The notes under the pieces: model-generated
Seen by the model: the letters and a program-made list of their open reading frames with translations, nothing else
Databases searched by the model: none
What the model was told of the DNA's origin: nothing
Shown here: positions 39,525 through 50,715 of the stretch, in pieces
Position numbering within the stretch: the stretch's first letter is position 1
Layout: every line of letters begins with the position of its first letter
Assembly: GCF_001194135.2 (NCBI RefSeq)
Contig: NC_068985.1
Coordinates: forward strand, 94,065,385 to 94,129,384
Direction: 5' to 3'
Length of the DNA stretch: 64,000 nucleotides
Source: Octopus bimaculoides
Lineage: Eukaryota
Position numbers and translations under genes: made by a program

Positions 39525-39611
39525 TCACTGCCTGGAATCGAACTCGGAATATTGGGGTTAGTAGCCCGCGCTCTTAACCACTACGCCATATGCCCGTGGC
39601 ATAGTAGTTAA
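39347..39611 (-). mobile_element. Short non-autonomous retroelement: tRNA-like head + (AAT)n + hammerhead-bearing Penelope-like tail
   Basis: Minus strand: A box TGGCGTAGTGG (39588-39578), B box GAGTTCGATTCC (39545-39534), (AAT)n at about 39490-39520, hammerhead at 39443-39400, tail atgtaaata x2. Confidence 0.8.
39400..39443 (-). ncRNA. Minimal type-I hammerhead ribozyme motif
   Basis: Stem I ACAC/GUGU; intact core CUGAUGA plus an extra A; stem II GGCUG-gaggguaugu-CAGCC; GAA; palindromic A-CG-U stem III; GUU cleavage triplet. Confidence 0.75.
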
Positions 39612-39642
39612 TACTTCGTGACTGATAACAGTATATCTTTAA

Positions 39643-39935
39643 AGACGAAACGGAGGTATTATCGAAATAAAATGGCTTGGGAGTTGTGATAACCCTACTT
39701 GGGGAGTTGAAAAAGCAGATACAATTCCTATACTTACAAGGGCCCTTGAAAGGATAAAAAGATTTGTTGAAAAATACGAAAACTGTTGGAGTATACATTA
39801 TGCTTGTCATTTTGATAATTGTGGACATATTGCAGCAGTTTCATTCCAAGAAAAGCAACCATTAAACTAAACATTGTACACATCCATGCTAAACGTGCTC
39901 TCGAAAGAGCAATAAAGGCATTAAATAAGGATTAG
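39643..39935 (+). pseudogene. Unidentified frameshifted ORF remnant (about 97 codons)
   Basis: Stop-free frame RRNGGIIEIKWLGSCDNPTWGVEKADTIPILTRALERIKRFVEKYENCWSIHYACHFDNCGHIAAVSFQEK. One added A in the A-run near 39851 continues it as ATIKLNIVHIHAKRALERAIKALNKD*. No ATG. Confidence 0.3.
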
Positions 39936-39944
39936 TTTAGTGAA

Positions 39945-40100
39945 AACCTGCTTCAAATTTTGGCCACAATCTGACAGTTTACGGAGAGTGACGACACCAG
40001 CCCCACTTCTCAATAGATACTGATGTTATTGAACTCAGATCGTAGAGTACCGGAAGAAGTAATACTCAGGATTTTTCCGAGGCGCTAACGATTCAGCCTG
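39945..40100 (-). mobile_element. SINE family A, internally deleted and decayed
   Basis: ttcaaattttggccacaa tail, ttgaactcag B box and gcgctaacgattc head. Confidence 0.55.
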
Positions 40101-40154
40101 CAGGCTTTTTCTCTGGTGATGAAAAGAGCCTGTCCTATACCTTCTAGCCTACAG

Positions 40155-40378
40155 AACGATGATCCTCTCTAATTTTGCCTCAAGGCCAGAGATTTATAGG
40201 AGGGGAGCAAAAGATTTCATCCATCCTAGTACTCAAATGGTACTCATTTTATCGACCCCTGAAGGATGAAAAGTGAGGTCAATTTCCTTGGTGTTTGAAA
40301 CCTAAACGAAATGAGGCGGGCGGAATTCCAGTAAGCATTTTGCCCGACATGTTAAGGATTCGGCCAGTTCGCCGCTTA
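40155..40378 (-). mobile_element. SINE family A
   Basis: ggtactcattttatcgacccctgaaggatgaaaag and taagcattttgcccgac...gccagttcgccgc. Confidence 0.8.
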
Positions 40379-40507
40379 GGGCCAAGAAATAAAAGTAACA
40401 TTAGTTTCTTAGATAATTCTTGTACAAAAATGAGTCGCCTTTAAAACTATCAAAATATCATAAGGACAAGATATACTTTTTTAATGATGTGATGCATATC
40501 ATGCCTA

Positions 40508-40668
40508 GGCGTAGACGTGGTTATGTACTAAGAAGCCTGCTTCCCAAACCACATGGTTCCGGGTTCAATCCCAATGCGTAGCACCTTGGGCAAGTGTCTT
40601 CTACTATAGCCTCGGGCCGACCAAATCTTTGTAAGTGGATCTGGTAGACGGAAACTGAAAGAAGCCCG

Positions 40669-40725
<57 letters not shown>

Positions 40726-40735
40726 NNNNNNNNNN

Positions 40736-40781
<46 letters not shown>

Positions 40782-40988
40782 GGTGTCTCTGTGTTTGTTC
40801 CCCCACCATCGCTTGACAACTGATGTTGGTGTGTTTACGTCCTAGTAAATTAGCGGTTCGACAAAAGTGTTCGATATAATAAGTGCTAGGTTAACAAAGA
40901 ATAATTCCCGGGGTCGATGTGTTCGACTAAAGGCGGTGTTCCATCATGGCCGTATTCAAATTATTGGAACAAGTAAGAGAATAAAAGA
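40508..40988 (+). mobile_element. SINE family C, full length with central (TA)n(TG)n
   Basis: tRNA-like head with a gggttcaatcc B box, CORE-like caccttgggcaagtgtcttct, internal microsatellite and A-rich tail. Confidence 0.9.
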
Positions 40989-42250
40989 AAAAGAAATAAC
41001 CAATTTTGAAACGCCTACATATATTACTTTATATAGCCTTGGCGTGACGTGTGTGAGATCCTGAAAAATTGATTAGTGTTATTATGCAGAGTGTAATTAG
41101 CACTGGATCCTGTTATAAGCTTGGCGATGTTTTCTATACAATTGAGAGTGAAATTGGCATCACAATCAGCAGGTTGCAATAGATTCGTTGCTTTTATTAG
41201 TTTTCCACCTACACAAAAAAGAGAAAATAGCGAAGTTTCTATAGAGAGAGTGGTGACAAAAATAAATCTTGCAATGTTACCTCCTTCATAAGCTTCCGTT
41301 CATTAAGGGGGTAAAAATCGTAGCAAATATCCTGTGTTCGTTCTGAAGAATTTCTCACATATTTTGGAAATTAATGGCCTCTGAATTTTCCTGCTACGCT
41401 TATTGAACTTTTTTTCTGGACAAGTGATTGATTAGGTTTATAGCTAACTTCCTAATTCGAAACTTGAGACGTCGTTAATGGACTCAGCGAAATTTGACAG
41501 TAGACATTAATATCAAAAGATCGATTGCTTTTTAGATGTTTATATGATTCGATATGGTCTATTAGTATTGCACAGTATTGTAGGAAGATCTAAGAGACGT
41601 TCATTAGTTACTTGTTAAATATTTCTTTGGGGAAAAACATGAAATAAATTAATCCCCTTTTTGCTATAGGATATGTCTATAATGGTTAATTGTAGTCGAT
41701 AAATGTCATAATATATAGATATAAAATATGATAAACGTATTTTTACGATTATTTTAGAGCCCATGATAAGACTATGTTAATATTGATTTTGTTAGGAGAG
41801 GCAAAACTTCAATTTTCGCAGATTATAGTCGATAGTACTTAGTAGGTTATGCCACTGGTACACAACAGAAGCTTATTAGAACAACATCTGTGTGGTCCTT
41901 CAGTTTTCTCGAAAGAATAGCCAACAGCCATTCAAATGACAATTAACCATTTATAAAGAATTGTGTATCGTTTAATACAGTAAGAAAAGAGTGAATAATT
42001 ACGACTAGAGTTATTTAAACGTTGGCTGGTCAACTAGAATTCCTCCAGAGTTACATTGATAGGTTTGAAAATAGTTTCGAAAATTATATTCCAATTTGTT
42101 AAAATATTGTTTCTGACCAACAAAATGTCAACTTACTTTCGGAAAAGAGCATTAGTTAATATAGTAGTTTAAGACTACTTCTAAATATACGGGATGGTCT
42201 TTGCTTTGTTGCCTTTAATCATACGTTTGCCATATCGGTTGGAAATGTGA

Positions 42251-42411
42251 TCATACAACATTAACTACAACAACTGATCCATTAATGGATATTGTAGGAT
42301 GAGGTAACCGGTCGAAATGAAGAATTCCATCAAGTGATGCCGCCATCGGTCTTCCTTTTACCTCTGTCCCTTTGATTGAATTAATATTGTCATTTTCTGT
42401 AATACTTAGAG
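42251..42411 (-). CDS. Candidate exon, product unknown
   Basis: Strong acceptor tttctttacttgttttgcag, then a 52-codon frame xLSITENDNINSIKGTEVKGRPMAASLDGILHFDRLPHPTISINGSVVVVNVV*. The other two frames close quickly. An internal AG|GTAAAA donor is possible at 42362. Confidence 0.25.
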
Positions 42412-43289
42412 CTGCAAAACAAGTAAAGAAATCCCTTTCGTTCGACGACGATATGCATTGATGTACGTAATTATTATGAATACGTTCCAGCAGGAGTGAT
42501 GAGGAATAGATTAATTGCTATTTCATTTTGTCTTTGCAGCACAAATTAGCCATCAAAGAATACGTACGATATCGCTTGGATTGCTGCTATTCTGTGAACA
42601 CGAGATATTTAATTATCAATTTGGCAGATATGAGCAAGCTTCACAAACTAATTTGATTCCTGATTTCTGTAAACAAGAGGCATCAATCTTGTTCACTTTC
42701 ATTGATCCAGGATTAGCTTTGTCCGAAGAGAAAAACAACGTCCAAACACTGATGCATGAAAGGCCCCTAATTACACTGCATCAAATGTCTTTTCAACACA
42801 TATCGTCTTAAAAAAGACCTTATTCATGAAAGGTTAAATATAACTGAATTTGTAATCTTTAGGTTCAGATGTTCAGGAACGTATTAAAAATGAATATGTA
42901 ATTCATGGTTTTGACGTGCACGCGGTATTTTATTAGCGATGTTGTATGTTTTCTTAATCTAACCGCTATAGAAGGAAAATTGTCTTCACGCTTGTCAAAA
43001 TACTCTAAAACATTAACACATTCTGTGTGTGCAATACACGGCGGGACAAAATTATTGCGTTCAATCACACAAATCGGTTTTTACATGGATGGATGAATCG
43101 CATTCACCAGACCACCATGCCCACCAATCTTTACTTGTATGACTACTGGTCGTTTGTACGTAATGTCTCTTATATGCATTGACCTGCAGGCACGTATGCA
43201 CACATTTCACAAACATTTACACATAAATACACACTCATATACACACAGATAGTCACAAAAATCCACTGCCTATTATCTTCCCTACACCA

Positions 43290-43490
43290 TAACAATCTCA
43301 TATGTCCGTTGCCATCTTTCTCTGGCTTATCAATAATTCCGCCACGCATCATACGTTTCTGGCTAGATCGGACCGTGAAACAAATCCCAAAACTCTTCAC
43401 TTAATTTCACTTTCTTGAGGCCTTACCGTCTCTTTTGCATCGATTCCCCACTTTCTTGCAGCCCTTGTAAACTAACGTTTTTGTACATCC
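43290..43490 (-). mobile_element. Possible decayed RTE 3' remnant
   Basis: Purine-rich minus-strand segment loosely resembling the GRP..W...DR..W end of RTE ORFs. Weak. Confidence 0.25.
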
Positions 43491-44269
43491 ATTCTTAATA
43501 TCATCCCTCCCCACCATACATATATATATATATATATATATANNNNNNNNNNNNNNNNNNNNNNNNNNNNNNNNNNNNNNNNNNNNNNNNNNNNNNNNNN
43601 NNNNNNNNNNNNNNNNNNNNNNNNNNNNNNNNNNNNNNNNNNNNNNNNNNNNNNNNNNNNNNNNNNNNNNNNNNTGTGTGTGTGTGTGTGTGATTGTGTG
43701 TGTGTGATTGTGTGTGTGTGTGTGTATGTGTGTGTGTGTGTGTGTATGTACTATGTATACATCGGTGTACGTATAGATCTAAGTAATGCCGCGGAGAGTA
43801 AATAAACATGTGCACACAGATACTAGTATACGTATGAGTGTATCTGTGAAACAACTCTTGTCACTGCTGTGGACAGCCAACAATCGTTCTTAAAGAAACC
43901 CTCCCGGTGCAAAGACTACTACTCTGGCAACCTTCCTTTGATCTTAATGTTACTGTGATGAGAGATCTTACTGTCTTCAACTTCCGATCATAAATCTTAG
44001 AATTATAGTATTTTTACGGCGTGCCTTTTTCGGGGTGAAATTGTGTGAACTTTTGTGGGGTATAGGTATGTGTGAGTGGGTATCGATGTGTCTGGGCATC
44101 TACTCATGCTAAGACATTCAGTATCCCTGTCTTTAAACTGAACGTAATCTAATCTTTCTTTAACATGTCTTACCCTCTCTCTGCTTCTTCTTTATATAAA
44201 TATTGCTTATATAAATTCTTATAGTTTATACGTTCATATTTATGGTTATTTTGAAATGACTATTTAAGA

Positions 44270-44525
44270 TAATGGCAGCTGTATGTAACTCCATTCGCGG
44301 ATGCAATCGATAAAAATTAACTTGACTGCACGAACTCAATATATTTAGCAGGAAGCCATTTTATATATTCATGTATTTGATGTGACCCACACTGCACTGA
44401 TCAATGCAATACAATTTGATGTACAAGATCCCACCCTTAAAAGGAGAGTCGCAAGAGGGGTCGAAACGATCGTGGTACTAAATGCCAAATCTATCTCCCG
44501 CTTTATTCATCGATTATTATTATCT
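44270..44525 (+). mobile_element. Possible Penelope-like terminal fragment with a decayed hammerhead
   Basis: GATCCC...GGGGTC-GAAAC-GATC-GT followed by a tttattcatcgattattatt tail. Confidence 0.3.
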
Positions 44526-44833
44526 CAACTAACACTGGGGGAATTCATGTAGTAGATCGAACAAAAATATACCAGACCAAAGATGACACCAGGTTGCCAA
44601 AACTGTGAACATGCTATACGGAACACACTAATTGATAAATAGTAATTAATCAAAACAATTTACACACATGTGCGCGGGCACTTTTTAATACGTCTATTCC
44701 CATTCTCTCGACCTATAAAATTTTATTCACTTCCTGTTTTATTACCAACTCATTTTTCCTATCCCATTCACAGTCTTCTCTCTTTTTTAATACTCCACTC
44801 GTTTTCTTCAACAATTTCTTATATACAATATAT

Positions 44834-44837
<4 letters not shown>

Positions 44838-44902
<65 letters not shown>

Positions 44903-45679
44903 NNNNNNNNNNNNNNNNNNNNNNNNNNNNNNNNNNNNNNNNNNNNNNNNNNNNNNNNNNNNNNNNNNNNNNNNNNNNNNNNNNNNNNNNNNNNNNNNNN
45001 NNNNNNNNNNNNNNNNNNNNNNNNNNNNNNNNNNNNNNNNNNNNNNNNNNNNNNNNNNNNNNNNNNNNNNNNNNNNNNNNNNNNNNNNNNNNNNNNNNNN
45101 NNNNNNNNNNNNNNNNNNNNNNNNNNNNNNNNNNNNNNNNNNNNNNNNNNNNNNNNNNNNNNNNNNNNNNNNNNNNNNNNNNNNNNNNNNNNNNNNNNNN
45201 NNNNNNNNNNNNNNNNNNNNNNNNNNNNNNNNNNNNNNNNNNNNNNNNNNNNNNNNNNNNNNNNNNNNNNNNNNNNNNNNNNNNNNNNNNNNNNNNNNNN
45301 NNNNNNNNNNNNNNNNNNNNNNNNNNNNNNNNNNNNNNNNNNNNNNNNNNNNNNNNNNNNNNNNNNNNNNNNNNNNNNNNNNNNNNNNNNNNNNNNNNNN
45401 NNNNNNNNNNNNNNNNNNNNNNNNNNNNNNNNNNNNNNNNNNNNNNNNNNNNNNNNNNNNNNNNNNNNNNNNNNNNNNNNNNNNNNNNNNNNNNNNNNNN
45501 NNNNNNNNNNNNNNNNNNNNNNNNNNNNNNNNNNNNNNNNNNNNNNNNNNNNNNNNNNNNNNNNNNNNNNNNNNNNNNNNNNNNNNNNNNNNNNNNNNNN
45601 NNNNNNNNNNNNNNNNNNNNNNNNNNNNNNNNNNNNNNNNNNNNNNNNNNNNNNNNNNNNNNNNNNNNNNNNNNNNNNN

Positions 45680-45712
<33 letters not shown>
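44838..45712. repeat. (GA)n / gap / (TA)n compound microsatellite
   Basis: Direct reading; N run 44903-45680. Confidence 0.95.
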
Positions 45713-45718
<6 letters not shown>

Positions 45719-46130
45719 TTCATACATACACGTGTGTACTATTACACAATTATCTCAATGACAATCGTCATTGCGTGCACACACTCACATATACAATCGC
45801 ACACATATAGAAATTCTCTACACAGACACAGACTTGCAAATACATACACACTATCAAACAGCCTATATTAATAATTTGGCTAGGAGAATCAATAATTGTG
45901 TCTCTCAAAACCATCTTCCATAACCAGCCACATACATTTCGTGTCAATATTTATTTTTACTAGCAACAAAAAGACACCTACACGCAAAGCCAGAGTAGAA
46001 ATACACACGCACAGGCTTCCAACAACTACATCTGTATTCTTATTTATCCAATAATCTATCTCTCTACTCTTCATCTATCTACTTATGTATCTATATTTCT
46101 TAATCACCATATAGTTATATCTGCTATGGT

Positions 46131-46492
46131 GGAGGTGCAATGGCCCAATGGACTAGCGGTAATAGGACCATCGTTTCGATTCCCAGACGGGCTGTTGTGG
46201 CGTTTATTGAGCGAAAACAATTAAAGCTCCATGCTGGTCCGGCAGGTCGTGGCGAACCCTGCTGTACTCTTTCACCTCAAGTTTCTCTCAGTCTTTCTTC
46301 TTGTTTCTGTTGTACCTGTATTTCAAAGGACCAGCCTTGTCACACACTGTGTCACATTGAATCTCCCCGAGAACTACGATAAGGGCACACGTGTTTGTGG
46401 AGTGCTCAGCTACTTGCACGTTAATTTCACGAGGAAGCTGTTCCGTTGATCGGATCAACTGGAACCCTCGACGTCGTAAGCGACGGACTGCG
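46131..46492 (+). mobile_element. SINE family B
   Basis: ggaggtgcaatggcccaatgg head, gtttcgattccc B box, colinear with the 52108 and 5934 copies. Confidence 0.9.
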
Positions 46493-47777
46493 TAATATTT
46501 GCTATCAATTTTCCACTCCATTTAAAAATATTTCTCTTTTATGAATATACTTGAGTAAACCCACACATATAAACATACGTACAAACAATCTAATTTGTCA
46601 GGGTAGAAACTGTTATTATAAGTTTCGTAATTACTCGAAACCAGTAACGATGGATTTTCGTTTATTCTGCAAAAAAAAAAAAAGACTTTTGTTTACCAAA
46701 CGATCGTATTCTAAAGCGTTTAAAATTTATCTGCATCCAACTGTCAATATTTTCCACTCCTCAAGGACGCTTGATCGCCCCGATGTTGCAGTGCTAAATG
46801 GCAAAGCAAGCACTAGACCTTGAGTAAACTAATTTTTACTGAATAATATCTAAATTTCATTCCTAGTAATTGGTCGAAATTATATGGTACTTGGGAAACT
46901 TGTTGATACGATACTTTACTTGCCAATACGTCTCATATACACATACTCATAGAATTACAAATTAATTTATTGTGTACATATTCCCATGTCGTTAGAATAC
47001 CATCGTAGTTTAACAGTTTGATACTCACAAGAAAATTGCTATTGGCACTGGTAAGCCAGTGTCTTCGGCTGTATACAATCTTACATAGTTTCAATGCGTT
47101 CAGTTGTTGGAGCTTCATTGCTTAATCCAAGCTAGGAATCTTTTTCTGGTGATAAATGCCTTGCACCAGAATGCTAGATGTCATGGGAATTATCTTTCCT
47201 TTCCTGAATAAGGAATATAAAATATGCTCCATAACAATCTAACAAAGATGTCGCTTTGGAGACAGGATAGTAAAATAAATATGTCCTGTATCACATATCC
47301 TTTCTTCGTTTCTAAGTCATTGAAATATAGACAAGCTATGTAAATATATTGATTCTACCGAATAAACATCTTCTCTTCTCAATTGGTCTTATTTGTTTTT
47401 TATATTCAATTTGCCGACAATAACACACAATGCCTGGACCAGTAATAAACTTCATTGAAAACTCCTTGGCTTTACAATGTAGTAAGTAATGAAAAGAATA
47501 TGTTTGCTTGACCCCGGAGAAGTATTTATCTCTAGAGATATTGTTGATATCAAAATATTGACTAAATACGAACAGAAAGTGTTTGTTTAGTGCAAAGATT
47601 CTTTCTCTTGTTAACGGTAGCAGAAGAGTAGATCAGTAAACAGCTGTAAAAATATTATGGCAGCCCTTTTGTATTTGTTATGTATACAAAACCCGGTAAA
47701 TATATACCTTTATAAAATATATTCATATGAGTAATTAAATAAAAATGAAACGATATTTACAAATCAGAATTCACATT

Positions 47778-47789
47778 TTATTATTAATA

Positions 47790-47887
<98 letters not shown>
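47778..47887. repeat. (ATT)n microsatellite
   Basis: Direct reading. Confidence 0.95.
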
Positions 47888-48414
47888 TCATATCATGAAG
47901 CACTTTCACTGCTAGAGTTTATTCAGTATTTTGTCTAATTCCATTAGTAAATATTTCTTGATTATTTTGTTATTTCTTAATAAAATCCAGTCAGAATTTT
48001 CGTTTTTTTTTTACTTTTATTATTCTGCTGTTTATTTACGCAACTTATCAAGTTTAAGATGTTCATTTGTTTAATTATAATCTTTTATATAAGACTGTAA
48101 CTAGTATTTTTTTTTTTGTGAGTTCGACAACCAATTACCAATATATTAATTTCACATCCAATAACATATGTGATATGAATGATGTAAACAAGGAAATTCC
48201 ACATTGCCATTCTTATATATCTTCTCTGTCGTTTTTATAATCAGCATTATAGTCAATATTTCTTATAAGGTGTTTTCATTTTCACAAAATATAAAATATC
48301 TGTGCCATAAAAGTTACGTAGATATTCTACTTAACTTTTGTGGATAATTTTTTTTTTAAATCAGATGTTCATTATTCTATCGTCACGTGTATTGTGTTCT
48401 CGTCTTTGTATATT

Positions 48415-48633
48415 TTAAGTGGTTTCAAGATTTCAAACTTTCCTTAGTGAGCGGGAAGGTTAATCGCTTACATCGATTCCCGGTATTTCAACAGAATTTA
48501 TTTTATCGACTCAAAATCGGTGAAATCCCGGGTCAGACTCGGCGGAATTTTCAACGCAGAACATTACGAACACGGAGGACATACGCCTGAAAACTTTGTC
48601 CGATGCGCAAACCATTCTGCTAGCTCGCCACCT
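48415..48633 (-). mobile_element. SINE family A, decayed
   Basis: ttacatcgattcc, ttttatcgac, ctcggcggaattttcaacgcagaac and ttctgctagctcgccacc blocks. Confidence 0.75.
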
Positions 48634-48744
48634 TCTTTTTCTTTTGCGCCCCTTTTAAAGCCTAATCAGGCTCATGGGCCCAGTTTCTATGGCGTATGTG
48701 TTAATAAACACAAACCCGCATAGAATTGGCATCATTGAATTTGG

Positions 48745-48876
48745 CTAAATTCTGCCTAGGTTGACTTTGCCTTTCACACTCGGAGCCGATACAATAAGTA
48801 CCAGTGAAACACTTGGGTCGATCTGATCCCCTCCCCCAAAAATTTCAGGCTTTGTGCCTATAGTAGAAAGGATTAT
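48745..48876 (+). mobile_element. SINE family A, 3' part
   Basis: aaattctgcctaggttgactttgcctttca...aataagtaccagt...aaatttcaggctttgtgcctatagtagaaaggattatt. Confidence 0.85.
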
Positions 48877-49206
48877 TGAATTAGGCGTCGACATTTTTTA
48901 TTTAAATAGAGGCCAAATTAAGGTAATAACAATTTACTTTACAGACGTGTCACGAGACCTATATTTTCCCAACGTTGACCTTGTACGATTTCGGGTTTTG
49001 ATAAAGTCAATAGATTTATTTACAATGGCATAAACAAATTTGCTAAATAGAAACATTTTACTGACGGTTCTATAAAATGAAAATACTTCAGCATAAAACT
49101 TAAGTAGAATTTACAGCGAATATACACACACAAACACAACTCCGCAGGCGCACACTCATACACACGCATACACACACACACTCGTACACACACATATCTA
49201 CATACA

Positions 49207-49266
<60 letters not shown>

Positions 49267-49499
49267 TGCAGGTTGGTAGGGGTTAGTTGCAAGCCGCTAC
49301 AAATATCGAAATTATTGAAAAATTCGCTTTTAAGACTTTCTACAAAATCTTTAATGTCACATTAAAATATTTTATTACGGCCTGATGAAACATTTTTTTT
49401 CTTTTTTCAATTTTATACTCACGCTCCATGTAAAGTGTGTTAAATAGTGGAGGCTTTAATTTTAGATGAATACTCGAAATGTGTTTTGAGAACTTCTGT

Positions 49500-49760
49500 T
49501 ATTTTAGTAACCACTTCCAGAGAACTGAATCAATTGTCATGAGTTGCACCTGTGTTTTCAACATAAACAATACAGTCAAAGCCGGAGAAATCCTCGTAGC
49601 CACACGCTGCAACGTGACATTTTCACAGGAAGACTGTTTCAACGAATATCATAGGATGAGCAAGAAGATTATCTTGCAGCCTTTCGTAAGAGATATAGAA
49701 AAAGTTTTACACATAATACGTATAACGACATTGCACACACCGAAATATTTCAGCGCTTTG
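49500..49760 (-). mobile_element. Probable ancient CR1-like RT remnant
   Basis: Minus translation IRIMCKTFS...IL*YSLKQSSCENVTLQRVATRISPALTVL resembles I.RTF...WSP.LK....LE.VQRRATR..P.L..L of CR1 RT. Confidence 0.4.
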
Positions 49761-50501
49761 TAACTCCTAGAAAGTCAAATGTCAGTGAGTCCTGACAGTA
49801 CGAAAACTGACAGGTTATTGCTTAGGAGGTATACACATTGGAATATATGCAGAGGTGATTGTAAACACGTCTACTATATTTGGAATGTTAGAAGTGAACC
49901 TACTTTTTATATTTTCATTGTTGGAAATAGATTTATTTCTATATAAGTTACAAAGTTTCAAAATATATCACAATTAAAACTTCACTACCTATTCGTCTTA
50001 AAAACCATAAGCAATACAACTTCAAAGTTAACATTAAAGGGGAAAAAAACTACGCAAATAATACTGAATATGAAATTTTTTTAAATATTTTTTTACGAAT
50101 AAATTAATAGCATTTTAAACCGCACTATAGCACCAGTCGACGCTTAAATAATATACAAATAACCATCATTGTTTATTCTTTTATACACTTGAATGCAATT
50201 ATAAAGTGTATGGATTTTAAATTGATTCTTAAAATTAATACTTTAAAAATGTTAAATACAAAAAGGAAACTCACAATCTCTCTCGCGCACCTCCCCACCT
50301 CTCTCTCTCTCTCTCTATCCGTAGTTAAACCATTTTAACGCATTTAGGTTTGCCTGGTTTAAGAAAACTTCTCGCAAACCATAAAAATGTTGGTCACGAT
50401 CAAAGGTATTTTGATCGTTAACGTCTTAAAATGAATCTGCGAGCTGCTTGGAATACTTATCTCTGCACACGGAAGCAGTATTAATACTATTAGAGAAAAA
50501 T

Positions 50502-50715
50502 GCGGTGAGCTGGTAAAATCCCTAGCATGCCGGCCTAAAGGCTTTGCGGTATTTCATCTGCGACTACGTTCTGAGATCATATTCTAACGAGGTAGACTTT
50601 GCATTTCATCTTTGCGGGGTCGATAACTTAAGAACCAGTTGCGAATCGGGGTCGACTGCACCCCATCCCATAAAAATTTCAGGTTTTGAGCCTAGAGTAC
50701 AAATGATTATTATTA
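50502..50715 (+). mobile_element. SINE family A, full length
   Basis: gcggtgagctggtaaaatccctagc head through the aaatttcaggttttgagcctagagtacaaatgattattatta tail. Confidence 0.85.

Noticed and set aside
39522-39595. Functional tRNA gene (anticodon ACT)
   Set aside because: The anticodon and T stems pair poorly, there is no acceptor stem or T-run terminator, and it is fused to a repeat tail.
42515-42811. 98-aa plus-strand ORF after a strong acceptor at 42540
   Set aside because: No recognisable motif, no good donor, and a non-AUG start. Not distinguishable from chance.
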